A stretch of 64,000 nt of DNA from Candidatus Omnitrophota bacterium (GTDB taxonomy: Bacteria > Omnitrophota > Gorgyraeia > JAGLLT01), in NCBI GenBank assembly GCA_023140385.1, contig JAGLLT010000039.1, positions 34,381 to 98,380 of the forward strand, written 5' to 3'. Below the pieces are notes generated by a model. That model searched no databases. It was not told the origin of the DNA and saw only the letters and a list, made by a program, of their open reading frames with translations. The translations under genes and the position numbers were made by a program. Shown here one piece after another: positions 38,820 through 49,162 of this stretch (position 1 is its first letter; every line of letters starts with the position of its first letter).

Positions 38820-38830
38820 TCTTAAAAGAC

Positions 38831-38858
38831 TTGACAAAAAGAACTGATATGGTAATAT
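38831..38858 (+). promoter_or_regulatory. pyr operon promoter
   Basis: TTGACA-16 bp-TAATAT with TGn. Confidence 0.55.
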
Positions 38859-38876
38859 ATCGTATAAGAGAATAAG

Positions 38877-38911
38877 TCCTTTTAATCCGGCCCGGCGAGG
38901 CTGGCAAGGGA
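38877..38911 (+). promoter_or_regulatory. PyrR-binding stem-loop (attenuator)
   Basis: TCCTTTTAATCCGGCCCGGCGAGGCTGGCAAGGGA matches CUUUAA...CCnGnGAGGYU...AAGG, directly upstream of pyrR. Confidence 0.85.
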
Positions 38912-38956
38912 GAAAAAAGATGTTAAGATTACGCAAAATGGGAATTAAAAAAACAA

Positions 38957-38991
38957 AACCTACCTCGCGGCAAGAGGCGGGTTATTTTTTT
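38957..38991 (+). terminator. Attenuator terminator of the pyr leader
   Basis: AACCTACCTC-gcggcaa-GAGGCGGGTT followed by ATTTTTTT. Confidence 0.75.
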
Positions 38992-39019
38992 GCCTTTTTA
39001 AAAAAACAGGATACGGGAT

Positions 39020-39571
39020 ATGTCTTTAAATGATAACAAGATAATTATGGACAAGGAGCAAATTAAGAGGGCTTTGTTTCGTATTAGCCATGAGGTTCTT
39101 GAAAAGAACAAGGGGACTAAAAATCTGGCTATAATAGGAATCAGAAACAAAGGGGCTTATCTGGCCGCGAGAATGGCCGATTATATTAAAGAAATAGACA
39201 GCAAGGCCGTTCCAGTTGGGATACTTGACATTACACTTTATAGAGACGATTTGACTACAATTGCCTGGCAGCCGGTAGTCCGTAAAACGGAAATTGATTT
39301 TGATATTACCGGCAAGAATATTATTTTAGTTGACGATGTCCTCTTTACGGGCCGTACAATCAGATGCGCCCTGGATGCCTTGATAGACTTTGGCAGGCCC
39401 AAAAATATACAGCTCGCTATCCTTATAGACAGGGGCCACAGGGAACTTCCTATACGAGCCGACTATGTGGGTAAAAATGTGCCCACTTCGTTAAATGAAA
39501 CGGTTGATGTTAGCTTAATAGGGGCGGACGCGGTAGATAAAGTAAGTGTCAGGAAGGTGGGTAAGCAATGA
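39020..39571 (+). CDS. pyrR: Pyrimidine attenuation regulator / uracil PRTase
   Basis: [42 protein letters not shown]. Confidence 0.97.
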   Translation: MSLNDNKIIMDKEQIKRALFRISHEVLEKNKGTKNLAIIGIRNKGAYLAARMADYIKEIDSKAVPVGILDITLYRDDLTTIAWQPVVRKTEIDFDITGKNIILVDDVLFTGRTIRCALDALIDFGRPKNIQLAILIDRGHRELPIRADYVGKNVPTSLNETVDVSLIGADAVDKVSVRKVGKQ

Positions 39572-40512
39572 GTGATTGGAAAAAGCGCGACCTGCTTACG
39601 CTTGAGTCTTTGGATAAAGATGAGATCAATCACATCCTACGTACGGCCGAGTCTTTTAAGGAGATATCCACCAGGTCTATAAAGAAGGTGCCGGCGCTAA
39701 GAGGGAAAACCATTGCCTCTCTGTTTTTTGAAGCCTCAACGCGCACACGAACCTCTTTTGAGCTGGCCGCCAAAAGACTTTCAGCTGACGTAGTGAGTAT
39801 ACATTCGTCAAGCAGTTCTGTCTTAAAAGGCGAGAGCCTGATAGATACTGCCCGTAATATTGAGGCTATGCGCGTAGACGGAATTATAATAAGGCACTCT
39901 TCGGCCGGCGCGCCCCGCCTTTTATCCGCGAAGGTAAGTGTTCCGGTAATAAATGCCGGTGACGGAGCCCATGAGCATCCTACTCAGGGCTTACTCGATA
40001 TTTTTACCATAAAGCAGAAGAAAAAAAAGATAGAGGGATTGAAGGTGAGTATTGTCGGAGATATTTTGCACTCGCGGGTAGCCAGAAGTAATATCTGGGG
40101 ATTAAGCAAATTGGGGGCGAAAGTCTGCGTTTGCGGCCCGGCCACCCTCTTGCCGCCCTGCATTGAAAAGTTTCCTGTTAGGGTAGTCACCAACCTGAAG
40201 GAGGCCCTGGCGGGCGCTGATGTGGTAATCGCCCTCAGGATACAGCTTGAGAGGCAGAAGGAAAGGTTTTTTCCTACTTTAAGAGAGTACTCAAGGGAGT
40301 ATGGTATAGACAAGGAGAATATTAAGTTAGCAAAAAGGGATGTCTTAATTATGCATCCGGGGCCGGTTAACCGCGGCATTGAACTTTCTCAGGATGTTAT
40401 AGATGGGCCGCGTTCGGTTATCCTTGAGCAGGTAACCAACGGTGTGGCTGTCAGAATGGCTGTTTTGTATTTGCTATTACAAAAAGAGGAAACGAATGAG
40501 TCTATTAGTTAA
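39568..40512 (+). CDS. pyrB: Aspartate carbamoyltransferase
   Basis: [35 protein letters not shown]. Confidence 0.97.
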   Translation: MSDWKKRDLLTLESLDKDEINHILRTAESFKEISTRSIKKVPALRGKTIASLFFEASTRTRTSFELAAKRLSADVVSIHSSSSSVLKGESLIDTARNIEAMRVDGIIIRHSSAGAPRLLSAKVSVPVINAGDGAHEHPTQGLLDIFTIKQKKKKIEGLKVSIVGDILHSRVARSNIWGLSKLGAKVCVCGPATLLPPCIEKFPVRVVTNLKEALAGADVVIALRIQLERQKERFFPTLREYSREYGIDKENIKLAKRDVLIMHPGPVNRGIELSQDVIDGPRSVILEQVTNGVAVRMAVLYLLLQKEETNESIS

Positions 40513-41779
40513 AGGAGCGAGAGTAATAAGCCCCGGGGACAATCTTGATAAAGAGATTGATATTCTAATAAAAAAAGGTGTTATTGAGAAAATCGCGAAG
40601 GGCATAAAAGCTCCGAAGGCAAAAATAATTAACGCTAAAGGTAAAGTCGCTGTTCCCGGTTTAATAGATATGCACACCCATCTGAGAGAACCCGGCAGAG
40701 AAGATAAGGAAAGTCTGTATACCGGTTCACTGGCAGCGGTAGCCGGCGGTTTTACGGCAGTTGCCTGTATGGCCAACACTAATCCGCCTCTGGATTCTGA
40801 GCAGGATATGGAGTATATCTATACTGAAGCAAAGAAAATCGGTTTAGTAGATATCCTTCCTATAGCCGCGGTTACTAAAAATATGGAACAGAAGGAACTT
40901 ACGGAAGCGGCTAAGCTAAAGAAGGCCGGCGCTGTGGCTCTTTCCGAGGACGGGCACCCTATCTTAAATAGTAGTTTTATGAGGCACGCTCTTGAGTATG
41001 CCAATATGTACGGTTTAATTATTATCTGCCACTGTGAAGATAAAGCGCTTTCTGCCGGCGGCGTTATGAACGAAGGCTATATGAGCAGTTTGTTGGGATT
41101 AAAGGGCATACCCGCCGAAGCCGAAGCAATAATAGTTAGCAGGGATATTAATTTGGCCAGGAGAACATCCGGGCGTATTCATATAGCTCATGTCAGCTGC
41201 AAAGAGTCTGTCGCTTTAATAAGGCAGGCAAAGAAAGAGGGTGTAAAGATTACGGCTGAGACCTGCCCCCATTATTTTAGCCTTTCTGATGAAGAGCTAA
41301 AAGAGTATGATGCTAATTTTAAGGTTAATCCTCCCTTAAGGGCCAAAGAGGACATAGCCGCTATAAAGGAGGCTTTGGCTGATAACACCATAGATATTAT
41401 TGTCTCCGACCACGCGCCGCATCTGGAAAGCGAGAAGGAGCTGGAATTTGATAGAGCTCCTTTTGGTATGACCGGACTTGAAACTTCGCTGGGTGTGTCC
41501 TACGGCCTGGTTGAGGAAAAGGTGTTATCTTTAGGGGAGTTGGTAAATAAAATGTCGGTAAGGCCTGCCGGGATTTTTGGATTAGATAAAGGCTCTTTAA
41601 AGGAAGGTGACGCCGCCGATATAACCGTTATAGATCTTTCAACATCCTGGGTGGTTAAAAAGGAAAACTTTAAGTCTAAAGGCGGCAACTCCGCCTTTAT
41701 CGGTAAAGAACTAAAAGCCAGGGCAACCGAAGTAATTTTCTCAGGGCGCCTGGTAATGGAGAACGGAAAAGTTTTATAA
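40496..41779 (+). CDS. pyrC: Dihydroorotase
   Basis: [33 protein letters not shown]; ATG 40496 after GAGG. Confidence 0.96.
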   Translation: MSLLVKGARVISPGDNLDKEIDILIKKGVIEKIAKGIKAPKAKIINAKGKVAVPGLIDMHTHLREPGREDKESLYTGSLAAVAGGFTAVACMANTNPPLDSEQDMEYIYTEAKKIGLVDILPIAAVTKNMEQKELTEAAKLKKAGAVALSEDGHPILNSSFMRHALEYANMYGLIIICHCEDKALSAGGVMNEGYMSSLLGLKGIPAEAEAIIVSRDINLARRTSGRIHIAHVSCKESVALIRQAKKEGVKITAETCPHYFSLSDEELKEYDANFKVNPPLRAKEDIAAIKEALADNTIDIIVSDHAPHLESEKELEFDRAPFGMTGLETSLGVSYGLVEEKVLSLGELVNKMSVRPAGIFGLDKGSLKEGDAADITVIDLSTSWVVKKENFKSKGGNSAFIGKELKARATEVIFSGRLVMENGKVL

Positions 41780-41796
41780 ACACAGGAGGTAATTGG

Positions 41797-42087
41797 ATGA
41801 AAAAAGTTACGCGGACGATGGTTATTTTTGCTTTAGCCGGCGCCATTCTCGTTTCTAATCTGGGCTGTATCATGGGAACACAGAACAGAGTAAAATACAG
41901 GGAGCTCGCGGGCAAGCAAAAGGCTCAAGCTGAGGAGTGGCTCCATAGCGCTAACCTATTATGTAATGTTAAAGATTACAACTTCGCCCTGGAGTATTAT
42001 AAAAAAGTAATTACCTACTATCCGTATACCGAGTATGCTAAAAAGGCTCAGGCTAAAATCATAGAGATAGAGAAAATGACAGATTGA
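41797..42087 (+). CDS. Small TPR-like lipoprotein
   Basis: Lipobox-like NLGC; ALEYYKKVITYYPYTEYA (BamD/CpoB-type TPR). Confidence 0.7.
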   Translation: MKKVTRTMVIFALAGAILVSNLGCIMGTQNRVKYRELAGKQKAQAEEWLHSANLLCNVKDYNFALEYYKKVITYYPYTEYAKKAQAKIIEIEKMTD

Positions 42088-42094
42088 CCGGCCG

Positions 42095-43324
42095 ATGGAG
42101 ATAGTTGCTGACTTTCATGTCCATTCAAAGTATTCAAGGGCAACCAGCAAGAATATGGACATTGACCATTTAAGTATGGCTGCCGCGATTAAAGGAGTAA
42201 ACCTTTTAGGCACGGGGGACTTTACTCATCCTCAGTGGTTTTTAGAGTTAAAAAATAAGCTGGAGTTCAGGTCGTACGGTATCTATGATTACAAGGGTAT
42301 CAGCTATATCCTGACCGCCGAGGTAAGCAATATCTACCATAAGGCGGGCAGAACAAGAAGGATTCACAATCTTATTTTCGCTCCCGGCTTTAAGGTTGTC
42401 AAAGAGATAAATGCCGCGCTTGAGGAGTATGGCAGTTTATTCTCTGACGGCAGGCCCATATTAAAGCTTGACTCAAAAGAGATGGTTAAAATTATTCTTT
42501 CAATTAGTGAAGACTGTATAATCATCCCGGCTCACATCTGGACTCCCTGGTTTGGCCTGTTGGGTTCGAAGACAGGCTTTGATTCTCTTGAAGAGTGTTT
42601 TGAGGAGGAGATCGAAAATATCTATGCCTTGGAAACCGGTTTGAGCAGTGACCCGGCAATGAATTGGCGCCTGAGTAAACTTGACAGGTTTACCTTGATT
42701 TCAAATTCTGACGCTCATTCACCGATGAACATTGCCAGAGAGGCCAACGTTTTTAATTCAAAGTTAGATTACAGTGAGTTAATAAATATAATTAAGGAGA
42801 AAGACAATAAAAAATTTAGTTATACGGTGGAATTTTTTCCGCAGGAAGGAAAGTATCACTATGACGGCCACAGAAACTGCGGCCGGTGCCTGAACCCCAA
42901 AGAGTCAATAAGCTTAAACAATAAGTGCCCGAAGTGCGGCCGGGAGGTAACGGTGGGCGTTATGCACAGGGTAGAAAAATTGAGTGACAGGGAGGAGGGA
43001 TACAGCCGGGACAGCTTTATTCCTTTTAAGAACCTGATACCTCTGAGAGAAATAGTTTCTGAGGTAAAGAATATTGGAGTTAACTCCCGGACGGTTGAGA
43101 ATGAATATAAAAGTATCATCGGCAGATTTAAATCGGAGTTTAACGTTTTGGTGAGGGCTAAAGAAGAGGAGCTGCGTAGTTCTCTGCCGTATAAGATAGC
43201 TGAAGGTATAATGAGGGTTAGGCGGAGGCAGGTGGAGATTTGTCCCGGGTATGACGGTGAGTATGGGAAGATAAAGATTTTTAATGAGAAGGAGAAAAAA
43301 GAGGAGCAGTTAAGCCTTTTTTGA
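42095..43324 (+). CDS. Endonuclease Q family (PHP domain + Zn finger)
   Basis: ADFHVHSKYSRATS, GTGDFTHP, PAHIWTPW, ETGLSSD, NSDAHS, GKYHYDGHRNC, CPKC, PGYDGEYG; C-terminal QLSLF. Confidence 0.9.
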   Translation: MEIVADFHVHSKYSRATSKNMDIDHLSMAAAIKGVNLLGTGDFTHPQWFLELKNKLEFRSYGIYDYKGISYILTAEVSNIYHKAGRTRRIHNLIFAPGFKVVKEINAALEEYGSLFSDGRPILKLDSKEMVKIILSISEDCIIIPAHIWTPWFGLLGSKTGFDSLEECFEEEIENIYALETGLSSDPAMNWRLSKLDRFTLISNSDAHSPMNIAREANVFNSKLDYSELINIIKEKDNKKFSYTVEFFPQEGKYHYDGHRNCGRCLNPKESISLNNKCPKCGREVTVGVMHRVEKLSDREEGYSRDSFIPFKNLIPLREIVSEVKNIGVNSRTVENEYKSIIGRFKSEFNVLVRAKEEELRSSLPYKIAEGIMRVRRRQVEICPGYDGEYGKIKIFNEKEKKEEQLSLF

Positions 43325-43328
43325 TAAA

Positions 43329-44114
43329 ATGATGATGCATCAGGGAAACTTCAAAATCATTAGTAATGAAAAAACTGCCGGCGGCTGTTTCAGGCTGAGG
43401 GTTATGGCGCCGGAGGCCGCGGAGGAAGCGCGGCCGGGACAGTTTGTTCACTTGCGCGTACAGCAGGAAATTGATAAACCTTTTTTAAGAAGGCCATTCG
43501 CGGTTTGTGATGTAAAAGACAATGGTGTGCTTGAAATTTTATACAAGGTCAGGGGGCGGGGCACCTCCCTGCTTAGTGAAAAAAAAGAGGGAGGCTTGCT
43601 TGATGTAATCGGGCCGCTGGGAAATGGTTTTGATTGTAACGTCGAACCCAAAAGGGCATTAGTGGTGGCGGGTGGCATAGGAATAGCGCCTCTGATTTTT
43701 TTATCCCGCAAGCTCCTTGACGCGGGCAGAGAGGTTGTATTTATGAGGGGAGCGGTTACTGCCGGGGACGTCCTGTGCTGCCGCGAACTTAAAAATATGA
43801 AGCTAAAGGTAATTACGGCTACTGAAGACGGTTCAGGGGGTATAAAGTCTAAAATTACAGAGGTGCTCGAAAATTATTTGCGGAAAGAGAAAGATAAAGA
43901 GATGGAGATTTTTGCCGCCGGCCCAAGGCCTATGCTAAGGGTTGTTGCCCGGTTAAGCGGGGAGTATAAGATAGAGAGCCAGGTTAGTATGGATGAGATG
44001 ATGGCTTGTGGAGTAGGAGTTTGTTTGGGGTGCGCTGTAATGACCAGAAACGGTTATAAACTGGCCTGCAAGGATGGCCCGGTTTTTAAGGCAGGTGATA
44101 TAATTTGGGAGTAG
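43329..44114 (+). CDS. pyrK: Dihydroorotate dehydrogenase electron transfer subunit
   Basis: PGQF, LRRPF, GPLGNGF, GGIGIAP, MACGVGVCLGC..CKDGPVF. Confidence 0.95.
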   Translation: MMMHQGNFKIISNEKTAGGCFRLRVMAPEAAEEARPGQFVHLRVQQEIDKPFLRRPFAVCDVKDNGVLEILYKVRGRGTSLLSEKKEGGLLDVIGPLGNGFDCNVEPKRALVVAGGIGIAPLIFLSRKLLDAGREVVFMRGAVTAGDVLCCRELKNMKLKVITATEDGSGGIKSKITEVLENYLRKEKDKEMEIFAAGPRPMLRVVARLSGEYKIESQVSMDEMMACGVGVCLGCAVMTRNGYKLACKDGPVFKAGDIIWE

Positions 44115-45028
44115 ATTTATCGGTTACATTAGGCAAGATTAAAATGGCCAATCCGGTTATGGTCTCCTCGGGAACTTTTGGCTGCGGCTCAGAGTACGGG
44201 GATTTAGTGGATGTAAACAGTCTGGGGGCTATAGTGACCAAGACGGTTACCTTGAAGCCGCGTTCCGGCAACCCGCCTCCCAGAATAGCGGAGTCCGCCT
44301 CCGGTATGCTAAATGCTATAGGATTAGAAAACATCGGCATAGACCGCTTTATTGAGGAAAAACTTCCTTACTTAAGAAGCTTAAGAGTACCGGTTATTAT
44401 TAGTATTGCCGGCGATACTGTAGAAGAGTATGTCTGTTTAGCCGAACGTTTAAATAAAGAAAAAGCTGCCGCCCTGGAGTTGAATATTTCCTGTCCTAAC
44501 GTTAAATCGAAAAAAGGGCGCATGTTCTCCCAGGACAAGGAGGGGGTTAAGGAGGTGGTGTCTGCCGCAAGGAGGCAAACTAAAGCTACCCTTATTGTTA
44601 AATTGTCACCCAATGTAACTGATATAAAAGAGATAGCCATGGCCGCGGAAGAAGCGGGAGCGGATGTTATTTCGCTGGTGAACACTTTTGGCGGTATGTT
44701 GGTGGATATAGAAAAAAAAGTTCCAAAATTGGGCAATGTTACCGGCGGTCTGAGCGGTCCGGCCATCAAACCCATCGCGCTTAGAATGGTTTACGAAGCG
44801 GCCTCTTGTGTTGATATTCCCGTTGTCGGCCAGGGGGGCATTATGAACTGGGAAGACGCGCTGGAATTTATTATCGTGGGAGCGGATGCTGTTTCAATCG
44901 GTACGGCAAATTTTATTGATCCGCGAAGTACCTTCAAAATATTAGAGGGTATTAAAAAATATATGGCTGCCGGAGGGCTTAAAGAGATAAGCCGGCTCGT
45001 TGGAACTTTAAAGATAAGCAGGGAGTAA
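44105..45028 (+). CDS. pyrD: Dihydroorotate dehydrogenase class 1B catalytic subunit
   Basis: SGTFG, MLNAIGLEN, ELNISCPN, VKLSPNV, GGLSGPAIKP. Confidence 0.96.
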   Translation: MGVDLSVTLGKIKMANPVMVSSGTFGCGSEYGDLVDVNSLGAIVTKTVTLKPRSGNPPPRIAESASGMLNAIGLENIGIDRFIEEKLPYLRSLRVPVIISIAGDTVEEYVCLAERLNKEKAAALELNISCPNVKSKKGRMFSQDKEGVKEVVSAARRQTKATLIVKLSPNVTDIKEIAMAAEEAGADVISLVNTFGGMLVDIEKKVPKLGNVTGGLSGPAIKPIALRMVYEAASCVDIPVVGQGGIMNWEDALEFIIVGADAVSIGTANFIDPRSTFKILEGIKKYMAAGGLKEISRLVGTLKISRE

Positions 45029-45029
45029 T

Positions 45030-45740
45030 ATGAAGTCAAAACTTATTGTGGCTTTAGACGTTGATACTATAAAAGAGGCTGAGAACCTTTTGAAGAAACT
45101 TCATAAGGAAGTAGAAATTTTTAAGATCGGCCCTCAGTTATTTACAAGATACGGCCCCCGGATTATAAAAACAGTTCATAAATTTAAGCGCGGGGTTTTT
45201 TTAGATCTTAAGCTTCATGATATTCCTAATACTGTTGCCAATACGGCTACCCAGATTACAAGATTAAAAGTTTTTATGTTTACGGTTCATACGCAAGGCG
45301 GTTCGGAAATGATGCGGAAGGCTCAGGGGGCTGCCGCGGAAGAGGCCGGGAAAATGGGGATAAAGCCCCCGGTTATTTTAGGAGTAACGGTGCTCTCAAG
45401 CTTTAATAGAAAAGACTTAAGGGAATTAAATGTAAGCGGCGCGGTTGATGAACAGGTTGCGCGCCTTGTAAGGCTGGCCAGGAAGGCGGGCATAGGAGGA
45501 GTGGTACTTTCACCTAAAGAAGCGGCCGGAGCGAGAAAGATTGCCGGCAGAGATTTTATTATTGTTTGTCCCGGCATAAGGCCGGCGGGCTATAAAAAGG
45601 ATGATCAGAAAAGAACAGCCGGTCCCAAAAAGGCAATTGAGAGCGGAGCTGATTATATAGTTGTCGGGCGGCCTGTAATTAAAGCGGCCAGGCCCGGGGA
45701 GGCGGCCAGGGAGATATTGGCAGAAATTAAAGGAGATTAA
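45030..45740 (+). CDS. pyrF: OMP decarboxylase
   Basis: IVALD, FLDLKLHDIPNTV, PGIRP, DDQKR, IVVGRP. Confidence 0.97.
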   Translation: MKSKLIVALDVDTIKEAENLLKKLHKEVEIFKIGPQLFTRYGPRIIKTVHKFKRGVFLDLKLHDIPNTVANTATQITRLKVFMFTVHTQGGSEMMRKAQGAAAEEAGKMGIKPPVILGVTVLSSFNRKDLRELNVSGAVDEQVARLVRLARKAGIGGVVLSPKEAAGARKIAGRDFIIVCPGIRPAGYKKDDQKRTAGPKKAIESGADYIVVGRPVIKAARPGEAAREILAEIKGD

Positions 45741-45746
45741 CCGAGT

Positions 45747-46316
45747 ATGACCGAGAAAGAAATTCTGGATATATTTATCGACTGCGGCGCCTTAATAGAA
45801 GGGCATTTTCTACTTACCTCGGGACTGCACTCAAAAAAGTACTTTCAAAAGAGTTTAGTCCTGCAGTATCCTCAATATACTGAAAAACTTTGCCGCCAGC
45901 TTAGTAAAAAATTCGCTTCCAAAAAGGTAGATGTGGTTATCGCTCCGGCCGTCGGCGCTATTGTTCTCTCTTATCAGTTAGCATCCATTTTTAAGTGCCG
46001 GTCTATCTTTACAGAAAGGCTTGACGGTAAGATGCTTCTGAGAAGGGATTTTAAGATTGCCACCGGCGAAAAGGTGCTTATCGCCGAGGACATTGTGACT
46101 ACCGGCGGTTCGGTTATGGAGTTGGTGGAGCTGGTTCGCGGAGAGGGGGGCGAAGTGATTGGAGTTTGTGCCCTGGTAGACAGGTCAAAGAAGAAAAATA
46201 AGTTTGAAGATGTAGAGTTCAAAAGCCTCCTCAGGCTGAATCTGAAAACCTACAAACCTCAAGAGTGCCCCATGTGCAAAAAAGGCCTGCCGCTCATAAA
46301 GCATGGAAGCAGGTAA
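45747..46316 (+). CDS. pyrE: Orotate phosphoribosyltransferase
   Basis: GHFLLTSGLHS..Y, EDIVTTGGS, CPMC. Confidence 0.95.
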   Translation: MTEKEILDIFIDCGALIEGHFLLTSGLHSKKYFQKSLVLQYPQYTEKLCRQLSKKFASKKVDVVIAPAVGAIVLSYQLASIFKCRSIFTERLDGKMLLRRDFKIATGEKVLIAEDIVTTGGSVMELVELVRGEGGEVIGVCALVDRSKKKNKFEDVEFKSLLRLNLKTYKPQECPMCKKGLPLIKHGSR

Positions 46317-46318
46317 AA

Positions 46319-46467
46319 TAGCGTATAGAAAATAGCGTAGAGCGTTTAGCGGATAGCGTATAGAAAAAGCAAATATAAAATATTAAAAATCAAAATAACA
46401 TATAAAAAATAGCGGGTACGCCGGGTTGATGGGTTTGCTGTTTTTTTGCTTTTATACGCTATCCGCT
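46319..46467. repeat. Heptamer (TAGCGTA) tandem repeat forming a palindrome after pyrE
   Basis: TAGCGTA-TAGAAAA-TAGCGTA-GAGCGTT-TAGCGGA-TAGCGTA; perfect 16-bp stem 46347-46362 / 46452-46467. Confidence 0.8.
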
Positions 46468-46481
46468 AGTACTTTGTAATC

Positions 46482-46516
46482 AAATAACTTGACAGTTATT
46501 TTGATAGACGTATAAT
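46482..46516 (+). promoter_or_regulatory. Promoter of the yicC operon with a dyad over the -35 box
   Basis: TTGACA-16 bp-TATAAT; AAATAACT-tgac-AGTTATTT. Confidence 0.65.
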
Positions 46517-46543
46517 GATGTTATTGCTTTAGTTGTTACTAAT

Positions 46544-47437
46544 TTGAAAGGGATAGTTACATTGCTTAAAAGTATGACCGGCTATGGGAGCGGTAAGGTA
46601 AGCACGGCTTCGGGGCTGGTGACGGTTGAAATTAGAAGTTTGAATTACCGCTACCTGGAGGTTATTGTCCGCCTGCCGGAAAACATTCTGTGTTTTGAAA
46701 AGAAGGTAAAACAGCTTGCCCAGCAGAAAATCAGGCGGGGACGCGTTAATATTAATTTAAATTTTGAAAGTCATAACGAAGATAACTTCAGGATTGAAAT
46801 TAATAAAAAGCTGGCCACCGGTTACTTAAATGGCCTCGAAAAGCTTAAAAAGGAGTTTAAATTCAAGGAGTCAATAACTCTGCCTCAGCTTTTATCTTTT
46901 CCCGATGTCCTGGTATACAAAAGAAAAAATACCTACCTGGAACGGGAGTGGCCGAGAATAAAAAAGGCTGTAGGGGCCGCCCTTGACAGTTTAATTAAGT
47001 CACGCGGCCTTGAAGGCAGGTTTATGTATAATGACCTTTATAAAAGGACGCGGATTATTGAGAGCTTGCTGTTGAAGATTGAAAAAAGGATACCGCTGAT
47101 GCTTAATAAATATAAAAAGCGACTTTTAAGACGTTTTCAGCGGCCTCATATGAAAACAGTAAAGAGCGAAAGGCTGGAGTCTGACTTTGCTTCTTTTGTC
47201 CAGGGCTGTGATGTTAGTGAAGAGATTACCCGCGTTAAAGCCCACGTAAAAAATTTCAAACAGGTCTTAAAAGCAAATGAAGAAGTGGGAAAGAAACTGG
47301 ACTTTATTGCTCAGGAGTTATCGCGCGAAGCCAATACCATTGCCGCCAAAACCCAGGATTTTACGGTATCCAAAAGTGTAATTGAGATTAAGGCTGAAAT
47401 AGAGAAGATAAGAGAACAGGCGCAAAACGTAGAATGA
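46544..47437 (+). CDS. yicC: YicC/YloC family endoribonuclease
   Basis: [54 protein letters not shown]; true start probably TTG 46562. Confidence 0.93.
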   Translation: MKGIVTLLKSMTGYGSGKVSTASGLVTVEIRSLNYRYLEVIVRLPENILCFEKKVKQLAQQKIRRGRVNINLNFESHNEDNFRIEINKKLATGYLNGLEKLKKEFKFKESITLPQLLSFPDVLVYKRKNTYLEREWPRIKKAVGAALDSLIKSRGLEGRFMYNDLYKRTRIIESLLLKIEKRIPLMLNKYKKRLLRRFQRPHMKTVKSERLESDFASFVQGCDVSEEITRVKAHVKNFKQVLKANEEVGKKLDFIAQELSREANTIAAKTQDFTVSKSVIEIKAEIEKIREQAQNVE

Positions 47438-47697
47438 AAAAAAAGGCCGGAGCGGGCTGCAGCAGACGCTTCATCAATATCGGTTTTGATAACGTAGTTT
47501 CTATAGATAAGATAGTGGCTATACTTTTACCCCAGGCGGCTCCGATAAAAAGGATTAGAGAAGAGGCGCGCCGGCGCAATAAACTAATAGATGCCACCAA
47601 TGGCAGGAGAACACGCGCCGTGATCATTACCAACAGTGATCATATAGTGCTTTCCGCTATTCAGCCCGATACTATAACCAACAGAATAGAAGGATAG
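47434..47697 (+). CDS. remA: RemA/DUF370 family protein
   Basis: [39 protein letters not shown]. Confidence 0.9.
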   Translation: MKKKAGAGCSRRFINIGFDNVVSIDKIVAILLPQAAPIKRIREEARRRNKLIDATNGRRTRAVIITNSDHIVLSAIQPDTITNRIEG

Positions 47698-47714
47698 GTT
47701 CTTCATCTTTTGAT

Positions 47715-48284
47715 ATGCGAGACAGAGGCAGGCTATTTATAATATCAGCTCCTTCAGGGAGCGGTAAAACTACCTTAGAAAAGATGCTTTTACGCGCCGG
47801 GCTGAATTTGGAAAAATCAGTCTCTGTTACTACCCGCCGGCCGAGAAAGGGCGAAAAGAACAGCCGTGACTACTATTTTATATCAGAAAGTGATTTTTTA
47901 AAAAAGAGAGAAAACGATGATTTTCTGGAGTGGGCGAAAGTTTTTGACAGCTATTACGCTACGCCGAAAGCAAAGATTGAAGAAGCGCTTAACAAGGGGA
48001 AAAACGTAATTTTGAGTATTGACGTGCAGGGAGCAAAGCAGGTTAAAAGGAGTCATCCGGAAGCTGTGCTGATATTTCTGAAGGCGCCTGACGCTGAAGC
48101 CTTGCGGGCAAGGTTAACGGAGAGGCTGACCAATACGCCTCGAGAGATTGAAAGAAGGCTTCAGACTGCCGTGAAGGAGCTGGCTCAAAGCGGATTTTAC
48201 GACTACGTAGTTATAAATGACGATTTAAATAGAGCGTTTGAGGAGTTAAGAGGTATAATTCAGGATAACTTAAAGAGGTGTTAA
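47715..48284 (+). CDS. gmk: Guanylate kinase
   Basis: SAPSGSGKTT, SVSVTTR.PR.GE, LEWA, IDVQGA. Confidence 0.96.
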   Translation: MRDRGRLFIISAPSGSGKTTLEKMLLRAGLNLEKSVSVTTRRPRKGEKNSRDYYFISESDFLKKRENDDFLEWAKVFDSYYATPKAKIEEALNKGKNVILSIDVQGAKQVKRSHPEAVLIFLKAPDAEALRARLTERLTNTPREIERRLQTAVKELAQSGFYDYVVINDDLNRAFEELRGIIQDNLKRC

Positions 48285-48285
48285 A

Positions 48286-48489
48286 ATGATTGATGTATCA
48301 CTTGAGGAGTTGTTAAAAAAGACCGGGAGTTTGTATAAGTTGGTTAATCTGGCTTCCAAAAGAGCGCTTCAGCTAAATGAAGGGGCGACTGCCATGGTTA
48401 AGAGTGATGAAAAGATGAAGTATCCCGCCATAGCTTTAAAGGAAATTTTAGAAGGTAAAATAGACTATAAGGTCAAAAGTGGTAAGTAA
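48286..48489 (+). CDS. rpoZ: RNA polymerase omega subunit
   Basis: YKLVNLASKRALQL..IALKEI..GKI; located gmk-rpoZ-coa. Confidence 0.9.
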   Translation: MIDVSLEELLKKTGSLYKLVNLASKRALQLNEGATAMVKSDEKMKYPAIALKEILEGKIDYKVKSGK

Positions 48490-48523
48490 TATATAGGTTC
48501 TTTCTTGTTTAAGTTGGACGAAA

Positions 48524-48579
48524 TAACCTGATTACAGCGATACCCTTACGGGCACAAGTTAAAAAACCGATTACATCGA
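48524..48579. repeat. GATTACA-type short repeat interrupted by an 18-nt mini-hairpin insertion
   Basis: AACCTGATTACAGCGA[TACCCTTACGGGCACAAG]TTAAAAAACCGATTACATCGA. Confidence 0.55.
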
Positions 48580-48621
48580 GTTTATTGATTAATTTTTATG
48601 TTCTTAGAAAGGTAAGCTTGT

Positions 48622-49161
48622 ATGTCTAAAAAAGATAAAAAAGTGCTTGTTGGAATTTGCGGAGGTATAGCCTGTTATAAAGCGGCTGAACTGGTCAGGT
48701 CGCTAAGAAAGCAGGGCTATAGCGTAACCTGTCTGATGACTAAAGAGGCGGCTTGTTTTATTACCCCGCTCACGCTTCAGCATCTTTCCGGCAATAAAGT
48801 TTTTATTGACCTTTTTAAGCCGGCAGAAAATATTGAACCTGCTCATATCAGCCTGGCTGAGTGGGCCGGTAAAATTGTAATTATTCCGGCCACCTGCCAC
48901 ATAATAGCCAAGCTGGCCGCCGGCCTCTGTGATGATATTGTCTCCCTCACCGTTTTATCTTCATCTGCCCCAGTCTTGATTTGTCCGGCGATGCATGAGA
49001 AGATGTATAAAAAAGAGGTTACGGCCAAGAATATTGTTGTACTTAAAAAAAGAGGCTTTAAATTTGTCGGTCCCGTAAAAGGCGAGCTATTAAATGGAAA
49101 AAAGGCGATGGGCCGCCTTGAAAACCTCGACATTATCCTTAAAAGAATAAAGAGTCTGTAA
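48622..49161 (+). CDS. coaC: Phosphopantothenoylcysteine decarboxylase (separate CoaC)
   Basis: GGIACYKA, HISLA.WA, PAT..IIAK, PAM, GRL. Confidence 0.9.
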   Translation: MSKKDKKVLVGICGGIACYKAAELVRSLRKQGYSVTCLMTKEAACFITPLTLQHLSGNKVFIDLFKPAENIEPAHISLAEWAGKIVIIPATCHIIAKLAAGLCDDIVSLTVLSSSAPVLICPAMHEKMYKKEVTAKNIVVLKKRGFKFVGPVKGELLNGKKAMGRLENLDIILKRIKSL

Positions 49162-49162
49162 A

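Noticed and set aside
38920-39033. Possible 37-codon leader peptide in the pyr leader
   Set aside because: The PyrR site and terminator already explain the region, and the peptide has no informative composition
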